Assembly (NCBI GenBank): GCA_964016885.1
Contig: OZ024743.1
Location: 89,404,001 to 89,468,000, forward strand
Source of the DNA: Eledone cirrhosa
Lineage: Eukaryota
Reading direction: 5' to 3'
Length of the DNA stretch: 64,000 nt
A program made the translations under genes and the position numbers. Under the pieces are notes generated by a model, which saw nothing but the letters and a program-made list of their open reading frames with translations, was not told where the DNA came from and did no database searches. This document shows positions 44,156 through 58,107 of the stretch, piece by piece. Positions within the stretch are counted from its first letter, which is position 1. Each line of letters starts with the position of its first letter.

Positions 44156-44955
44156 TGTGTGTGTGACTATATGCATGTGTGTGACCATGTATGTATAAAT
44201 CTACCAGATCACACTATACGAACACCAGCTTCCAACTAGGCCACGTCATACATGTACCAGATCACACCACACATGAAGATTTATATTACATCTTACTTCA
44301 TCGTCTCTTCACCAAGCGGATGACACAGTTGTCACGTGACATTACGACAAATATTTCCTAACAGTAAACATCCGGTCTTTATCATCCGTTAAATATAATT
44401 TCAGCTAATGTCATAAATTTGGAGAAACTTTGTAAGAGATGAGAGATTCAATTGTGGCCGTTCTCAATGGTGAGACGACTGTGAAATTAACTTTACATTA
44501 CTTTATTCTCATTCCGTTGGCAATTAAAGTAATTTTCCACTAATTTTCATTCAATTTGAAAGTCAATATTATATGTTTTAAGTGAAAACCAACTGTAATT
44601 TAGCTGTAAACTAGCATTTGTTTGTGTATATGTCGGTGGAGGTGGGATGGGTAAGATTGATGTAAGAATTACCCTGAGGGTGGGGCGTCGGAGGACTGTA
44701 AAATGTCTTGGGAAAAATCAGAAATCCTATCGTAAAAATTACATTTAAAGAAATAAATAACCGTGTGAGACAATATGGCGACAGAGGAGTGAAACAATAA
44801 CTACATATAGAGGACATGTAAATATAGGAGTATTACAAAGGATCAGTCTCCGAAACATAAAGGTCCTTTTTCTAATATATCAAGCGTTAAACTAATATAC
44901 TTTTTCATCGTACCCTGCTGTTTGCTTTGTTGCTTCCGTTTACTTTTTGTATACA

Positions 44956-45047
<92 letters not shown>

Positions 45048-45052
45048 TATAT

Positions 45053-45840
45053 ATATATTGAGTTAAGAACTCAGACTAGTCTCTTACAATTAAATAGCTC
45101 TAAGAAAAAAGCTTTTCCGAGCCGTACAATATAATTGAATAAACAAGAGAGATGAACACTACCCAATATAGGTCTGTTATTTTTCTTAATTTTTCTTAAT
45201 TTAATATTTAAAGTTAAGTATAACAAACCATATTGCTGTAGTTAGTATTTTTTCACCCAACCAAATTTGGTCCTTACGATTCGAACACATATGTTTATAT
45301 TAGTGTTCATCTCTCTTGTTTATTCAATTATATTGTACGGTTCGGAAAAGCTTTTTTCTTAGAGCTATTTAATTGTAAGAGACTACTCTGAGTTCTTAAC
45401 TCAATATATATTTGTCGGCTCCATCATGTAGAGCTAATTTTTATTGTCCTGTCAGCCAGGCTGCTATTTTTAGCGGCAGGGAATTTCGTGACAAGCTGGA
45501 TTCCGAATGAAACGGGCGATAATTCATATCATACACAATTCATTCTCTAATATTTTTAGAAGTGAAAGGATCACTAATTTCTCAACAACTACTGAGGAGC
45601 AGAAAAACGTGAGAACTTCACTTAATAAGTCGTTGCGAAACAGTCTCCAATACTGTCTAGTTGTTACCAGGCGTTTTGCCCAATATAGGTCTGTTATTTT
45701 TCTTAATTTAATATTTAAAGTTAAGGATAACAAACTATATTGCTGTAGTTAGTATTTTTTCATCCTACCAAATTTGGTCCTTACGATTCGAACACATGTA
45801 TGTTTATATTAGTGATCATCTCTCTTGTTTATTCAATTAT
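45053..45840 (+). mobile_element. Penelope-like pLTR with fold-back plus tandem partial copy
   Basis: Inverted repeat 45053-45160 / 45301-45410; direct repeat ~45161-45330 / 45680-45840; intact hammerhead inside. Confidence 0.78.
45584..45665 (+). ncRNA. Canonical type I hammerhead ribozyme
   Basis: 8-bp stem I aacaacta/tagttgtt; CTGAGGA; stem II gcag...ttgc; GAAA; stem III cagt-ctccaat-actg; GTC cleavage triplet. Confidence 0.88.
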
Positions 45841-45859
45841 ATATATATATATATATATG

Positions 45860-46250
45860 TATCACGGGCGAGGAGGGAGCGCTCAGCTTCGGAGAGTGAT
45901 AGGTCCTGGGGTATGGTGACTACAGTGCAGGGACGTGAGGGAGTGAAAGAGGCGGAGGCGGAGGGGTCAAGGTGGTTGGGCAAAGCGTGTGCAGATACAT
46001 TGGTAGGTGACGGGATAGAGGGATTAGGGTTGGAGGTGATATGAGTATGGGTGGTGACGGCAGGCGGGGAGCGGAGCGAGTCGAGTTTATGATTTTTTAC
46101 GGAAGTGAGGAAATTGAAAAGGAGGCGATTGAGGTAAAGGATGAATTGGATAAGGGATTGGGCGAGGAAAGGGTGGCAAGTGGAGGAGAGATGGAGGTAG
46201 GCCTTGGAGAGATCTCGGTCGAGAGAACTGATTTGGGTGAGAGTTGATCT
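45860..46250 (-). pseudogene. Penelope-like ORF N-terminal fragment
   Basis: ...KNHKLDSL...VVTIPQDLSLSEAERSLLAR resembles the recalled PLE motif preceding LSKGLNF. Confidence 0.55.
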
Positions 46251-46264
46251 ATAATAACACACAG

Positions 46265-46295
<31 letters not shown>

Positions 46296-46521
46296 CTTAC
46301 GCACGTGCTCAAGTATAGCGCTTTTTACAAAACGTTTTTTTTCCATTTCAGGTAGACGCGCTCCATCGTCCACTTTTCTAAAAAAAAAATCATACACAAA
46401 ACGCCAGCACCAACAGTTTTGCAAGAGATATCACCATGAATTGATTTGTTATTTTTATCTAAAGACATTTTTTACAATCCCCCCTCCCCTCGTCCCCTCA
46501 ATCTATTTTATTTCTCATTTT

Positions 46522-46557
46522 TCTTCTCATGAAGGACTAGCGTCCGAAACGTTAAGA
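46522..46557 (+). ncRNA. Minimal hammerhead with a mutated core (CTCATGA); same family as 61908-61943
   Basis: tctt-CTCATGA-aggac tagc gtcc-GAAA-CG-TT-aaga. Confidence 0.6.
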
Positions 46558-46641
46558 CCCTCTTCCTGCTATATCAAGCGTTAACCTAATATATCCCTTC
46601 CATATACTGTACTGATTGTGTTGTTGTTTCTGTTTACCTCT

Positions 46642-46671
<30 letters not shown>

Positions 46672-46672
<1 letters not shown>

Positions 46673-46987
46673 CATCATCATCATCATCATCATCGTTTAA
46701 CGTCCATTTTCCACGCTAGCATGGGTCTGGACGGGAATTGTCCCACTTGAGGCAAGATTGGTTGTCTTGCTCAGGACTGTCTGGCGAGTTTTCTACGACT
46801 GGATGCCCTTCCTAACACCAACCACGTTTACAGTGTGGACTGGGAGGTTTTTACCGTGTTACCTACACGGCCACATTACAGCATATAAAACACACAGTCC
46901 ACGCTGTAATGTGGCCGTGTAGGTAACACGGTAAAAACTTCCCAGTCCACACTGTAAACGTGGTTGGTGTTAGGAAGGGCATCCAGC

Positions 46988-46989
<2 letters not shown>
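46672..46989 (-). mobile_element. 5'-truncated Meta-domain-like SINE with (CAT)n tail, folded back on itself
   Basis: ggttggtgttaggaagggcatccag present in both orientations; arms ~46797-46883 and 46903-46989; (TA)n on both flanks. Confidence 0.65.
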
Positions 46990-47035
<46 letters not shown>

Positions 47036-47079
47036 CAGAATATTAATAAATGAAGACATTCACATAATCAAAATATATG

Positions 47080-47142
47080 TTTTATTATATATATATCGAA
47101 GATACTGTGCTGTTTTTTTCAGTACGCCCTCGTCAGATAAAA
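47080..47142 (-). ncRNA. Degenerate type I hammerhead (GAAA mutated to GATA)
   Basis: ttttat-CTGACGA-...-GATA-TATATA-TA-ataaaa. Confidence 0.55.
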
Positions 47143-47298
47143 TACATGAATTAATGTATGACATACCTCAACGGTCTTGATGGTTCAATTCCAGTATTGA
47201 ATAATATTAATAACTCCAGAAAACTTCACTGTAGAGTGCTTTTAATCTATGGTAAAACTATATTCATTGAGTAATCAATGAAACATATTAATCTTTGG

Positions 47299-47354
<56 letters not shown>

Positions 47355-47854
47355 ACAGTCAATCGATAAGATCGCTTAACGAGTGGGGTGGAGCTCGTCA
47401 AATCGGACCGACGAAACAATGTTTCCATTGGTCTTTCCAATTGGTAATACTAGCTACCGGTCGCAAATGCAGACAGAAGGAGCAACTTGAAATAAATGAT
47501 CTGTTTAAGGACATAACGTATCAACCGCTCCAGGAATCGAACTCACAACCTCATGTTTGGAATCCAATTCACTCAACCAAGTGTCTTTACACACACACAC
47601 GCGCACGCACACACACCCACACCCACACCCACACCCACACTCACTCACACACATATATATATTGAAACGTAGCTATTGATTAGGACCGACACAGATTCGG
47701 TAGTTTTTCCACTCTCTCAATAATTTAATTAAGTCAGTATCATTAAGACACCAACCGAAGGTAATTAGAGTGAACACTAATACATTAATTTGTGAGAAAG
47801 ATGATTTCGTGTGAGTAGGTAATTTGATTTTCCCGCCTCGGATCAATACATTAA

Positions 47855-47956
<102 letters not shown>

Positions 47957-48428
47957 TGTAGCCAGCTAACCACAAGATACTGTAAATATAGAAGTAATAC
48001 ACACACACACACACACATATACACACGGCTATGTGATTAGTCAACCACAGTACATGTAAATATAGAAATATTACATATACATGTGTGTATGTCAAGAATC
48101 TACTAAACACAAAGAAAATATTTCACTACATGAAGGCTACGAAAAAATTCAACAGAAACCTTTAGATGCTTTCACTGTTTGTTTTACTTAGCTAGGATTC
48201 TTTTGCCGCCTGCTTTCATTCTCTTTCTTATCATTTTACTCTCTCTATTTGTTGTTTTTGTTTCCTTAATTGTAAGGAGTATTAGATATCAAGGCTACCC
48301 GCTCTATACTGACGCTCAAATTGATTAAATAATTAAATAAATTCAACCACAAGATTTTTTAATTCTTTATCAATATAGGAGTAATACATACACAGTTATA
48401 TAATCATCCAATCACCATATATATATAT

Positions 48429-48476
<48 letters not shown>

Positions 48477-49098
48477 CAATGACCGTAAATATAAAAAGGA
48501 AAAGGAAAACTCGTATAATCGCCTGAAGAAAAGTCACTAATTTGGTGCCACTTGTTATAATATAATATATATATTTATAGAATAATGAGAAACTCAACGC
48601 AAAGAAAACTGCCAAAATATTAAAATGTCAATGACGACATTTATTCCTTTGAGTTAAGGTTTTACCCAACGTCATCATTGACGTAGAACTGGACTGGTAT
48701 TTTATTTATCGTCCCTGAAAGGAAAAGTTGACCTCGGCAAGATTTGAAAGCCTTATAAAAATAACAACTTTATTTATATAGTCAGTCAAGCAAAAGGCAG
48801 GTAATTACAGACGGATTATTTATCTATATCTTGTCAACCGAAATATATTGTAATATATATATACACCGTTATATAAGCAGTCAACCAAATGACATGTATA
48901 TAATTACGGGTATTATATATATAATAACTGGTGGTTCGCGTTGCTAAACGATGATGCAAAAATAAATTAAAGCACTCAACGTTATGCAAATCGTAGATGT
49001 GGTATCCAGTGGTTGGTGCAGGAAAGGAATAAAATATTCATTAAAACAACAGAAGGTCGCACTGGAAAATTTACTTTAGAATTTTAATTCCTTGAAAG

Positions 49099-49169
49099 CA
49101 CTATAGATATTTCGATGGCCCAGCTCTATCATCTGATTATAATGCAAGACAAGGCGATTTCCTCAGGTG
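49099..49169 (-). ncRNA. Type I hammerhead fold in a pLTR remnant
   Basis: cac-CTGAGGA-...-GAAA-TATCTA-TA-gtg; GAGTGCT lies downstream at 48971-48977 (-). Confidence 0.58.
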
Positions 49170-49958
49170 TTATTTGTAGAATTATGTAACAGGATTACGT
49201 TGAATCCAACCCAACAATATGTCAGACACCATCCACTTTCTTTAAGTAATTCCCATGACCTGGCACTTCCTCTCCAACAGTGTAATGACTGTACCCCCTC
49301 CCTGTATCCCTCTCATATATACACTGCACCCTCATCAGTTCCTCCACAACCTGACCAAGTGTACTGAGAATGGCAGATAGGAGATAGAGGAAAACATAGA
49401 AGATAGAAAATAGAAAATTCGATTCGGGGACAGCCTGCACATATGTTGTTATGACGATAGCAGGCGTATGTAAATACAGCGACCACATTACAACAAACTT
49501 TAAGCAATAGAAAATAATTAAAAGTTGTAAAGATAAGTCTCAGATAAATTGAATGAAACTCAAGAGCTGTGGTATGTTGAGGTCTGTTCATCGCTTATCT
49601 TATCTGAGAAAGTTGAAATATGAAGTCTTGCAACGTCATCTATATTGGTATTTCGCCCACAAATTATCACATTACTGTTCAAAGATTTTGAGCTTTATAT
49701 CCGTAATATAAGATTTGATATGTGAAGTCATAATTAGTGTCTTTACAGAAACTCTAACCGTCAAACAAGGAATTTTATAGAGATGGCCTATTACCACAAT
49801 AAAAAGGTTATAACTTCAAATGGATCATATTTTGATAAGACATTTAACATTTTTGTGGTTTAATATAATCTTTCATTCAAATGTCCGCTAAAAAAATGAC
49901 GTTTCATATATATTAATAACATGCACACACAAAATGTTGTTTAAGCTTTCAATCTGTG

Positions 49959-50018
<60 letters not shown>

Positions 50019-50035
50019 GGAGGTGAGTTTTATTG

Positions 50036-50430
50036 TAGCACAATAAAGCAATGCAAATATCGGATAAGTAGCACTCAACAGTTTATAGGATTGGAGTATA
50101 AATAATATAAAATCAAAAGATGGTTAAAAGAGTTCCATGTATTTTATTATGCGCATTTCAAAAACAAATATCATCATGGGATGATATTTGCGTTCTCATC
50201 AGATAAAATAGGGAGACATGATATGAAGCTTAAAAAACACTTGCGAGCAGTGAAGTGTTAAATCACTACACTGTTGATTTAACACTTGCAAGTGTTTTTT
50301 AAGCTTCATATCATGTCTCCCTATTTTGTCTGATGAGAACGCAAATATCATCCCATAATGATATTTGTTTTTGAAATGCGCATAATAAAATACATGGAAC
50401 TCTTTTAACCATCTTTTGATTTTATATTAT
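50036..50430 (-). mobile_element. Penelope-like pLTR fold-back with a hammerhead in each arm
   Basis: Arms ~50103-50265 and 50275-50430; tail on the left carrying GAGTGCT (-). Confidence 0.8.
50322..50392 (+). ncRNA. Type I hammerhead ribozyme (mirror copy on - strand at ~50142-50210)
   Basis: tattttgt-CTGATGA-gaac gcaaatatcat cccata atgatatttgt tttt-GAAA-TGCGCA-TA-ataaaata. Confidence 0.8.
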
Positions 50431-50434
50431 ATAT

Positions 50435-50620
<186 letters not shown>

Positions 50621-51006
50621 AGGATTGGTGCTCTGAAATAGCGATGTATACATGGTCTTCTAAATGTTTTTAATTAAACATACAGTATATTACGAAATAT
50701 ACTATACATACATTCATGTATACATCGCTATTTCAGAGCACCAATCCGAAAACCTAATTTTTGCTGGACCGGCAATCGCTCTGTGTAATCAGCTCTTGAT
50801 TATTACTGGAATTCTATAAGAATCCAGCTTCTATAATTTTCAGCGAAAGCAGGGGAGTATGTAGCTCTCATGAGCGCCAACCAGCGTGAACCAGACTGTC
50901 AGCTTCTCTCCCTTCTTTCGCCGAAAAGAAGTAAGTGGCATAGCGTATGGTCTTCTAAATGTTTTTAATTAAACATACCGTATATTGCCAAATATACTAT
51001 ACATAC

Positions 51007-51068
<62 letters not shown>

Positions 51069-51860
51069 AATCGCTGCTTTCACCCTTAACGGGATCTTCT
51101 GAAACTAAAAAAGTCAATCTGTGAACGCAGAAGTAAATATTTCAAAAAACGTTGCTCTACGGTTCTTATATATTTGATATAAATTTATCCTTATCGAGCC
51201 CTCTTTGGATTTTAGTCTTCAAATTTATTATTATATGAATAAATTTAGTCCTTCATCAGTGATCTTCCAGCCTTCATTGGTATTTCATCGCTTTAAAGAC
51301 CATATACCTCTGGTTGGTGCGAGCAACGGCTAAAGAAAGTTGTTGGGACACGTAAATAGGGGAAACGAGCGAGACAGTAAACAAACAAAGATGGTAATGC
51401 AACGAAAAGTGAGGAAGAAGGAGTCAAGTCCCTGAAATCGATGAACATAAGTTCTGTGAAATCGTGGACGAGAGAGAATAAAGACCATCCAATCTGGTCG
51501 AAATATATATAATAGACGTATTTATATATCACAATCTGAATTTAAATTTTGATGGTTTTTCATTCATTGAAATGGTGAAGAACAACTTGCATATATTTGA
51601 CTATTTTGACATAAATTGTTTAGAAACGTTAAGCTACTGACTACTGATGTTTTATCTCATCTACAACAATACACCAACTTACAGAATCACGTTATTTATT
51701 TATATCTTATTAAATGTTACAAGTCACCCCTTCTCCCTCTTGGAAAGTCGCAGAATATATCATGCGATTAACTGAAATTAACTTTATATATAATTAAATG
51801 TGAGCTACTCTCTGTCTATCTGTCTGATGTCTGCCCCTCTCTCTCTCTCTCCCCCCTCTC

Positions 51861-51937
<77 letters not shown>

Positions 51938-52352
51938 CGATAGCTAATAAGCTTGAAACTAGTACAGCGTTCCTTTGTCAGTGTTGAACAAACGAGCAAC
52001 GATGGTTGCTGGACACTACGGCTTAATACGGGGTGTTTGTTTACAAACACACCGAGCATTATAATGAATGTTCGGTGAATCCATACGTACATATATATAT
52101 ATGTGTGCATGTATGTATATATATATACATACTACTGTACGTCTGTATACATATATGTATGTACGTGTTCATACTTATATTTAAGTAACAGCCGTACTAA
52201 GAGTGGGAAATGAAATTTCGTTTCCTTTTATCCGTTTATCCGTTTATATATTGGTTATGATATTTCTCATTTATTAATATTTTGAATAATATTATATATA
52301 TATTATATCAAGAAAAGAAATATATATATATATATTCTTATATTCAAAAACG

Positions 52353-52501
<149 letters not shown>

Positions 52502-52699
52502 GCTGTGTGTGTGTGTTTGTGTGTGTGTGTATTCTAGTTGAGATTAATAACGTCATTATTCAACTTAGGAAAGTAGAACACACACACGAATGTAAACATA
52601 CATACATACACATATACACACATATATATATATAATTTGTTGTATTATGGTACGTGTGCTTCTTTCAATTGGCAATATTGGCAACATGACCGCCGAATA

Positions 52700-52830
52700 T
52701 AATTGTTTCTACTTTAGGCACAAGGCCAGCAATTACCCAGTGCATTACTGGTACTTTATTTTATCGACCCCGTAAGGATGAAAGGCAAAGTTAACCTCGG
52801 CGGGATTTGAACTCAGAATGCCAAGGGCCG
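52700..52830 (-). mobile_element. 5'-truncated Nin/Deu-type SINE
   Basis: Reverse complement of the family core and tail. Confidence 0.8.
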
Positions 52831-52899
52831 TATTCAGCTTCTATTGTTTTTAAAAGAAGTGTTATTGGAACACAATTTTCATTCCATTTCTCATGTTTG

Positions 52900-53706
52900 A
52901 GACCACAGAATATAATGACCTCAACTCATCCCCGAATTACCCCGCCTTCTCCAACCACCAGAAACCACCGAATATAATGACCTCAACTCATCCCCGAATC
53001 ACCCCACCTTCTCCAACCACCAGAAACCACCGAATATAATGACCTCAACTCATCCCCGAATCACCCCGCCTTCTCCAACCACCAGAAACCACAGAATATA
53101 ATGACCTCAACTCATCCCCGAATCACCCCGCCTTCTCCAACCACCAGAAACCACCGAATATAATGACCTCAACTCATCCCCGAATCACCCCACCTTCTCC
53201 AACCACCAGAAACCACCGAATATAATGACCTCAACTCATCCCCGAATCACCCCGCCTTCTCCAACCACCAGAAACCACCGAATATAATGACCTCAACTCA
53301 TCCCCGAATCACCCCGCCTTCTCCAACCACCAGAGACCACCGAATATAATGACCTCAACTCATCCCCGAAACACTCCACCTTCTCCAACCACCAGAAACC
53401 ACCGAATATAATGACCTCAACTCATCCCCGAATCACCCCGCCTTCTCCAACCACCAGAGACCACCGAATATAATGACCTCAACTCATCCCCGAAACACTC
53501 CACCTTCTCCAACCACCAGAAACCACCGAATATAATGACCTCAACTCATCCCCGAAACACTCCGCCTTCTCCAACCACCAGAAACCACAGAATATAATGA
53601 CCTCAACTCATCCCCGAATCACCCCACCTTCTCCAACCACCAGAGACCACCGAATATAATGACCTCAATCATCCCCGAATCACCCCGCCTTCTCCAACCA
53701 CCAGAA
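52900..53706. repeat. 62-bp minisatellite, ~13 units
   Basis: Unit gaatataatgacctcaactcatccccgaatcaccccgccttctccaaccaccagaaaccacc. Confidence 0.95.
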
Positions 53707-54096
53707 AACATATAAATACAACAGTTTTACAAGTACAGTCTGCTTTTTTCGTGATTCCTTTTGAATAAAACCATTCTAGTCCAGTAGAAGCCATTTCTAT
53801 AATAAACATGGTGCTTACACGCTACTAATGTATTGAGTACCATACTAACTGTGGTTATCCCCGATTGAAACCGAGACTATCTCCCCCCCCCCTCTCTCTC
53901 TCTCACACACACACACTTCTTACCTTAAAGTATGGAGAACTAAGTTAAATAATGGCCTTACTAGTCTCAACTTGTATGAAACATCTTATCTCCCGCCCTC
54001 TCTCTATATATATGTGCGTGTGTGTGTGTGTGTGTGTGTGTGCGTATATATGTATGTGTGTGTGTATGCGTGTTTATGCATTAACATTATTTATTT

Positions 54097-54283
54097 GGGC
54101 CGTGAATTGACAGTATCAGGAGAGGGTCGGCCATGCTTTCCAGCATAGTTATGTCCCTTTACAGTCTGAGTTCAAATCCCGCCGAGGTTAACTTTGCCTT
54201 TCATCCTTACGGGGTCGATAAAATAAAGTACCAGTAATGTACTGGGATAATTGCTGGCCTTGTGCCAAAAGTAGAAACAATTA
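54097..54283 (+). mobile_element. Nin/Deu-type tRNA SINE
   Basis: Full family consensus. Confidence 0.85.
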
Positions 54284-54450
54284 TTTATTTGATGTGTCGT
54301 TGTTTGTTAGTGAAGTAGTAAAGGTTACTTGGCCATTTCTACTAACCGAAGAGTTGTGCATTACGTTGGCTACACAACATAACTTGTCCGTATATAAATG
54401 ACTGTTACTCAGAAGAGTTCGTCTTGTCCACAATACAGACGTATCTAGAA

Positions 54451-54721
54451 CAGGGTTGCGGAGCCTGGGGTACTTCAGGTCTAGTGGTGGGGGCATACAC
54501 AAAGAATTAGCATACACAGCAACCCCCCAATTTTACATATAAAAGTTAGCTTGGCACAAGTAATTGGAATTGAAAAGTTATACACGCAAATATTAAATTC
54601 AAAAATTCTAACCATCTTAAAATTAAAAAGCCCAGCTGAGGGCACAAATAAATTGCTACGGCCGTCGCTGGTGGGAGCCCGGAGCAATTTCGTCCTTTGT
54701 ACCCCATTAAATCCGACCCTG
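54451..54721. mobile_element. hAT-like MITE
   Basis: CAGGG...CCCTG termini; 8-bp TSD atctagaa/atatagaa (7 of 8 match). Confidence 0.75.
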
Positions 54722-55161
54722 ATATAGAATACATTATATAACTCCAACCCAATCATTTAGAAGACTGAGTTAAGTTAACGTTGAGATATTTCTTCTATCT
54801 CTGCTGCATTGCAGAATGGTGTAATATAAAATGTAGACAAATGATCTGTAGAATCGGGTTCTGGAAGATCGAATATTTAACTTCTGTGAACTAAATAATC
54901 AATCGAACATTGAATGAAGAATAATTAATGTGTTATTTTACAGCTGTCTTCTACGTAATCTTGACCTTACATAAGGATACGATTATTGATTATCACCAGT
55001 AAACAAAAGAGTTAGTTTTAATAACCTCTGACAGAAGTTTGGTGCGAATCGGTCAGTTGTTACTATCTAGTCATAATGAGATAGATAGAACCCTAGATAG
55101 ATAGATCGTTAAATAGATTAGAGAGATAGATTATATTAGAAAAATAAATAGATAGTGAGTA

Positions 55162-55193
<32 letters not shown>

Positions 55194-55196
<3 letters not shown>

Positions 55197-55359
55197 AACC
55201 AGTAAGACCCCGACAGCTGAGCTCAAGCCGTTTCGACGGCTAAACGGCTTGAGCTCAGCTGTCGGGGTCTTACTGGTTCCTATTACCCACTCTACTACCT
55301 CAAGTATTGAGTACTTTGGTGCGTTATGGTCCACCTGGTTCCTTACCACATTTCCTTCG

Positions 55360-55362
<3 letters not shown>
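55194..55362 (+). mobile_element. Fold-back of Penelope 3'-end family A
   Basis: Same sequence as 13411-13535 and 40255-40398. Confidence 0.8.
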
Positions 55363-55395
<33 letters not shown>

Positions 55396-55598
55396 GAGTT
55401 AAACAAGATTCAATGAGTACATCAAAGAATGAGTTTTACAGTAAATTGGAAGCACTCTACAAAAAAATATTTTCCAGAGTTATTAATATTAATTCAAATA
55501 TTAACAAAATAGATATTCTTGTGATCAATTAAATTTTATTATAAATATTTCAGAGGAATAAATCGTAGCCATCTAACATGTATGTCATGTATCATTTT

Positions 55599-55664
55599 AT
55601 TTTATCTGATGAAGACGTTCTGTTGAACTTGATTCAAGTACCTCTGAAATATGTATAATACAAT
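55599..55664 (+). ncRNA. Type I hammerhead inside fold-back cassette 55392-55710
   Basis: attttat-CTGATGA-aga...tct-GAAA-TATGTA-TA-atacaat. Confidence 0.65.
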
Positions 55665-55704
55665 TTTATTGATCACAAGAATATCTATTTTGTTAATATT
55701 TGAA

Positions 55705-55756
<52 letters not shown>

Positions 55757-55924
55757 TGTATTTACACAGTGTGTTCGATTTTTACGCGAAGATGTGTTCG
55801 TGAACGCGGCGCGTAAAGGAAATTCGCTTAATGATAGTTTTTCAAGAGGCGTTAAAGTGAATTCGCATATTTCAATTTCGCGTAAAAAGCGGACTGTGTG
55901 TGTGTATGTGTGTGTGTGTGTGTA

Positions 55925-56028
<104 letters not shown>

Positions 56029-56236
56029 AAGGCGTGTGGCTGGTTAGGGAATTGGATTCACAATCGTGAGGTTGTGAGTTCGATTTCCGGACCGGGTGAT
56101 GCGTTATGTCCTTGAACAAGACACTTTATTTCACGTTGCTCCTTCTACCTGGAGTTGCGACCGATAGATAGTATTAGCAATTGGAAAGACCAACGGAAAC
56201 ATTGTTTCCTCGGTCCGATTTGACGAAAGTCGATCG

Positions 56237-56289
<53 letters not shown>

Positions 56290-56438
56290 ACTGCTCCATT
56301 ACGGATATATATTTTGTTACCACTCTGGGACAGGTTCGCTTGCTTATGTGCTCGATACTTCTCGCTCCATTGAGAGCTTCGTGACCGCCTCAAGAAATTC
56401 GATTAGTATCTGCTATATTGCGGCTACAACGTCGATTC

Positions 56439-56550
<112 letters not shown>

Positions 56551-56899
56551 AATAAGTGTAAGTATTAACAGTATTTCAAAAACTGACTTTTATAAATCTT
56601 CAAGTAACTTTCTATTTGATGTCTTCCAGCGTCATTAATCAAATTAACAAGTTCCTACTTGATTATCAAAGTAGTTTCTCTAATAAAGTTATAATCAATA
56701 AAATTAGGTCACAACTTATTTCTCCCCCCTCCCCTCCCCCTTTCTGTTTCATTACTCCTCTTTTTGTTACCCCCCCCCCTTTTTTTTTCTCCCCTTAATT
56801 GAAAATTATACCTTGTACCTCATCCTCCTCCTCATCATTATGATGATCATCATCATAATCGCCGCCACCACCGCCATCCTCATCATCATCATCGCCATC

Positions 56900-56905
56900 A
56901 TCATT

Positions 56906-56972
<67 letters not shown>

Positions 56973-57690
56973 ACACCGTCCTGACCAAAATGTTCGAATG
57001 GAACAGCGTGCTCGTGAAGTTAACGTGTAAAAGGCCGAGGATTGCATTGACACGTGTACCGTTAAAATAGTTCTCAGGGAGATTCAGTGTGACACAGCAT
57101 GTATCGAGGCAGACCATAAGTATTGCATTGACACGTGAACCTTCAAAATAGTTCTCAGGGAGATTCAGTGTGACACAGCGTGTGTCGAGGCAGGCCATAA
57201 GTATTGCATTGATAGGTGTACATTTAAAATAGTTCTCAGGGCGATTCAGTGTGACACAGCGTGTGTCGAGGCAAGCCATAAGTATTGCATTGACACGTAC
57301 ACCTTTAAAATAGCTCTCAGGGAGAGTCAGTGTGACACAGCGTATGTCGAGGCAGGCCATAAGTATTGCATTGATATGTGCACCTTCAAAATAGTTCTCA
57401 GGGAGATTCAGTGTGACACAGCGTGTGTCGAGGCAGGCCATAATTATTGCATTGGCACATGCACCTTTAAAATAGTTCTCAGGGAGATTCAGCGTGACGC
57501 AGCATGTGTCAAGGCTGGATCTTTGGATTACAGGTACAATTTATTTTTGCCGGTTGAGTGGATTCGTGTAATGTGAAATAAAGTGTCTTGTTCAAAGATA
57601 GATACAACGTGCCATTGATAACCGAACTTAGCAAATTAGGGAACGTGAGGAGAACACTTTAACAACTAAGCCAGGCCCCTTCACAGCGGC
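56900..57690 (-). mobile_element. CORE-like SINE with (CAT)n tail whose body contains an 81-bp minisatellite (~6 units, 57041-57515)
   Basis: gtgaaataaagtgtcttgttcaa core (reverse complement); an 81-bp period equals 27 codons, which explains ORF 56806-57441. Confidence 0.65.
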
Positions 57691-57769
57691 CATGCTATTC
57701 CTATGGAGAAGAGAAACCCCGGTATTGCTACCTTTGATGGGTCAATGACACACATGTCTTTAAATTATT

Positions 57770-57955
57770 TGTTTCTACTTTAGGCACAAGGCCAGCAATA
57801 ACCCAGTTCATTACTGGTACTTTATTTTATCGACCCCGTAAGGATGAAAGGCAAAGTTAACCTCGGTGGGATTTGAACTCAGATCGTAAAGGGACGTAAG
57901 TATGCTGGAAAGCATGGCGTCCGACCCTCTACCGATACTGCCAATCCACCGCCTC
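57770..57955 (-). mobile_element. Nin/Deu-type SINE flanked by a 66-bp direct repeat
   Basis: 57704-57769 matches 57956-58021 with one mismatch. Confidence 0.85.
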
Positions 57956-58075
57956 TGGAGAAGAGAAACCCCGGTATTGCTACCTTTGATGGGACAATGA
58001 CACACATGTCTTTAAATTATTGGGAGGAGAGCCATGTACGTGATCTTGCATGACATAAGCAAGAAGAAGAAGAAG

Positions 58076-58107
<32 letters not shown>

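Noticed and set aside
52900-53706. CRISPR-like regular array
   Set aside because: Units are contiguous near-identical 62-mers with no unique spacers, there are no cas genes, and the context is eukaryotic.
56806-57441. 211-aa ORF with 27-aa repeats resembling a repeat protein
   Set aside because: It is the product of an 81-bp SINE-derived minisatellite plus a (CAT)n tail; no gene context.
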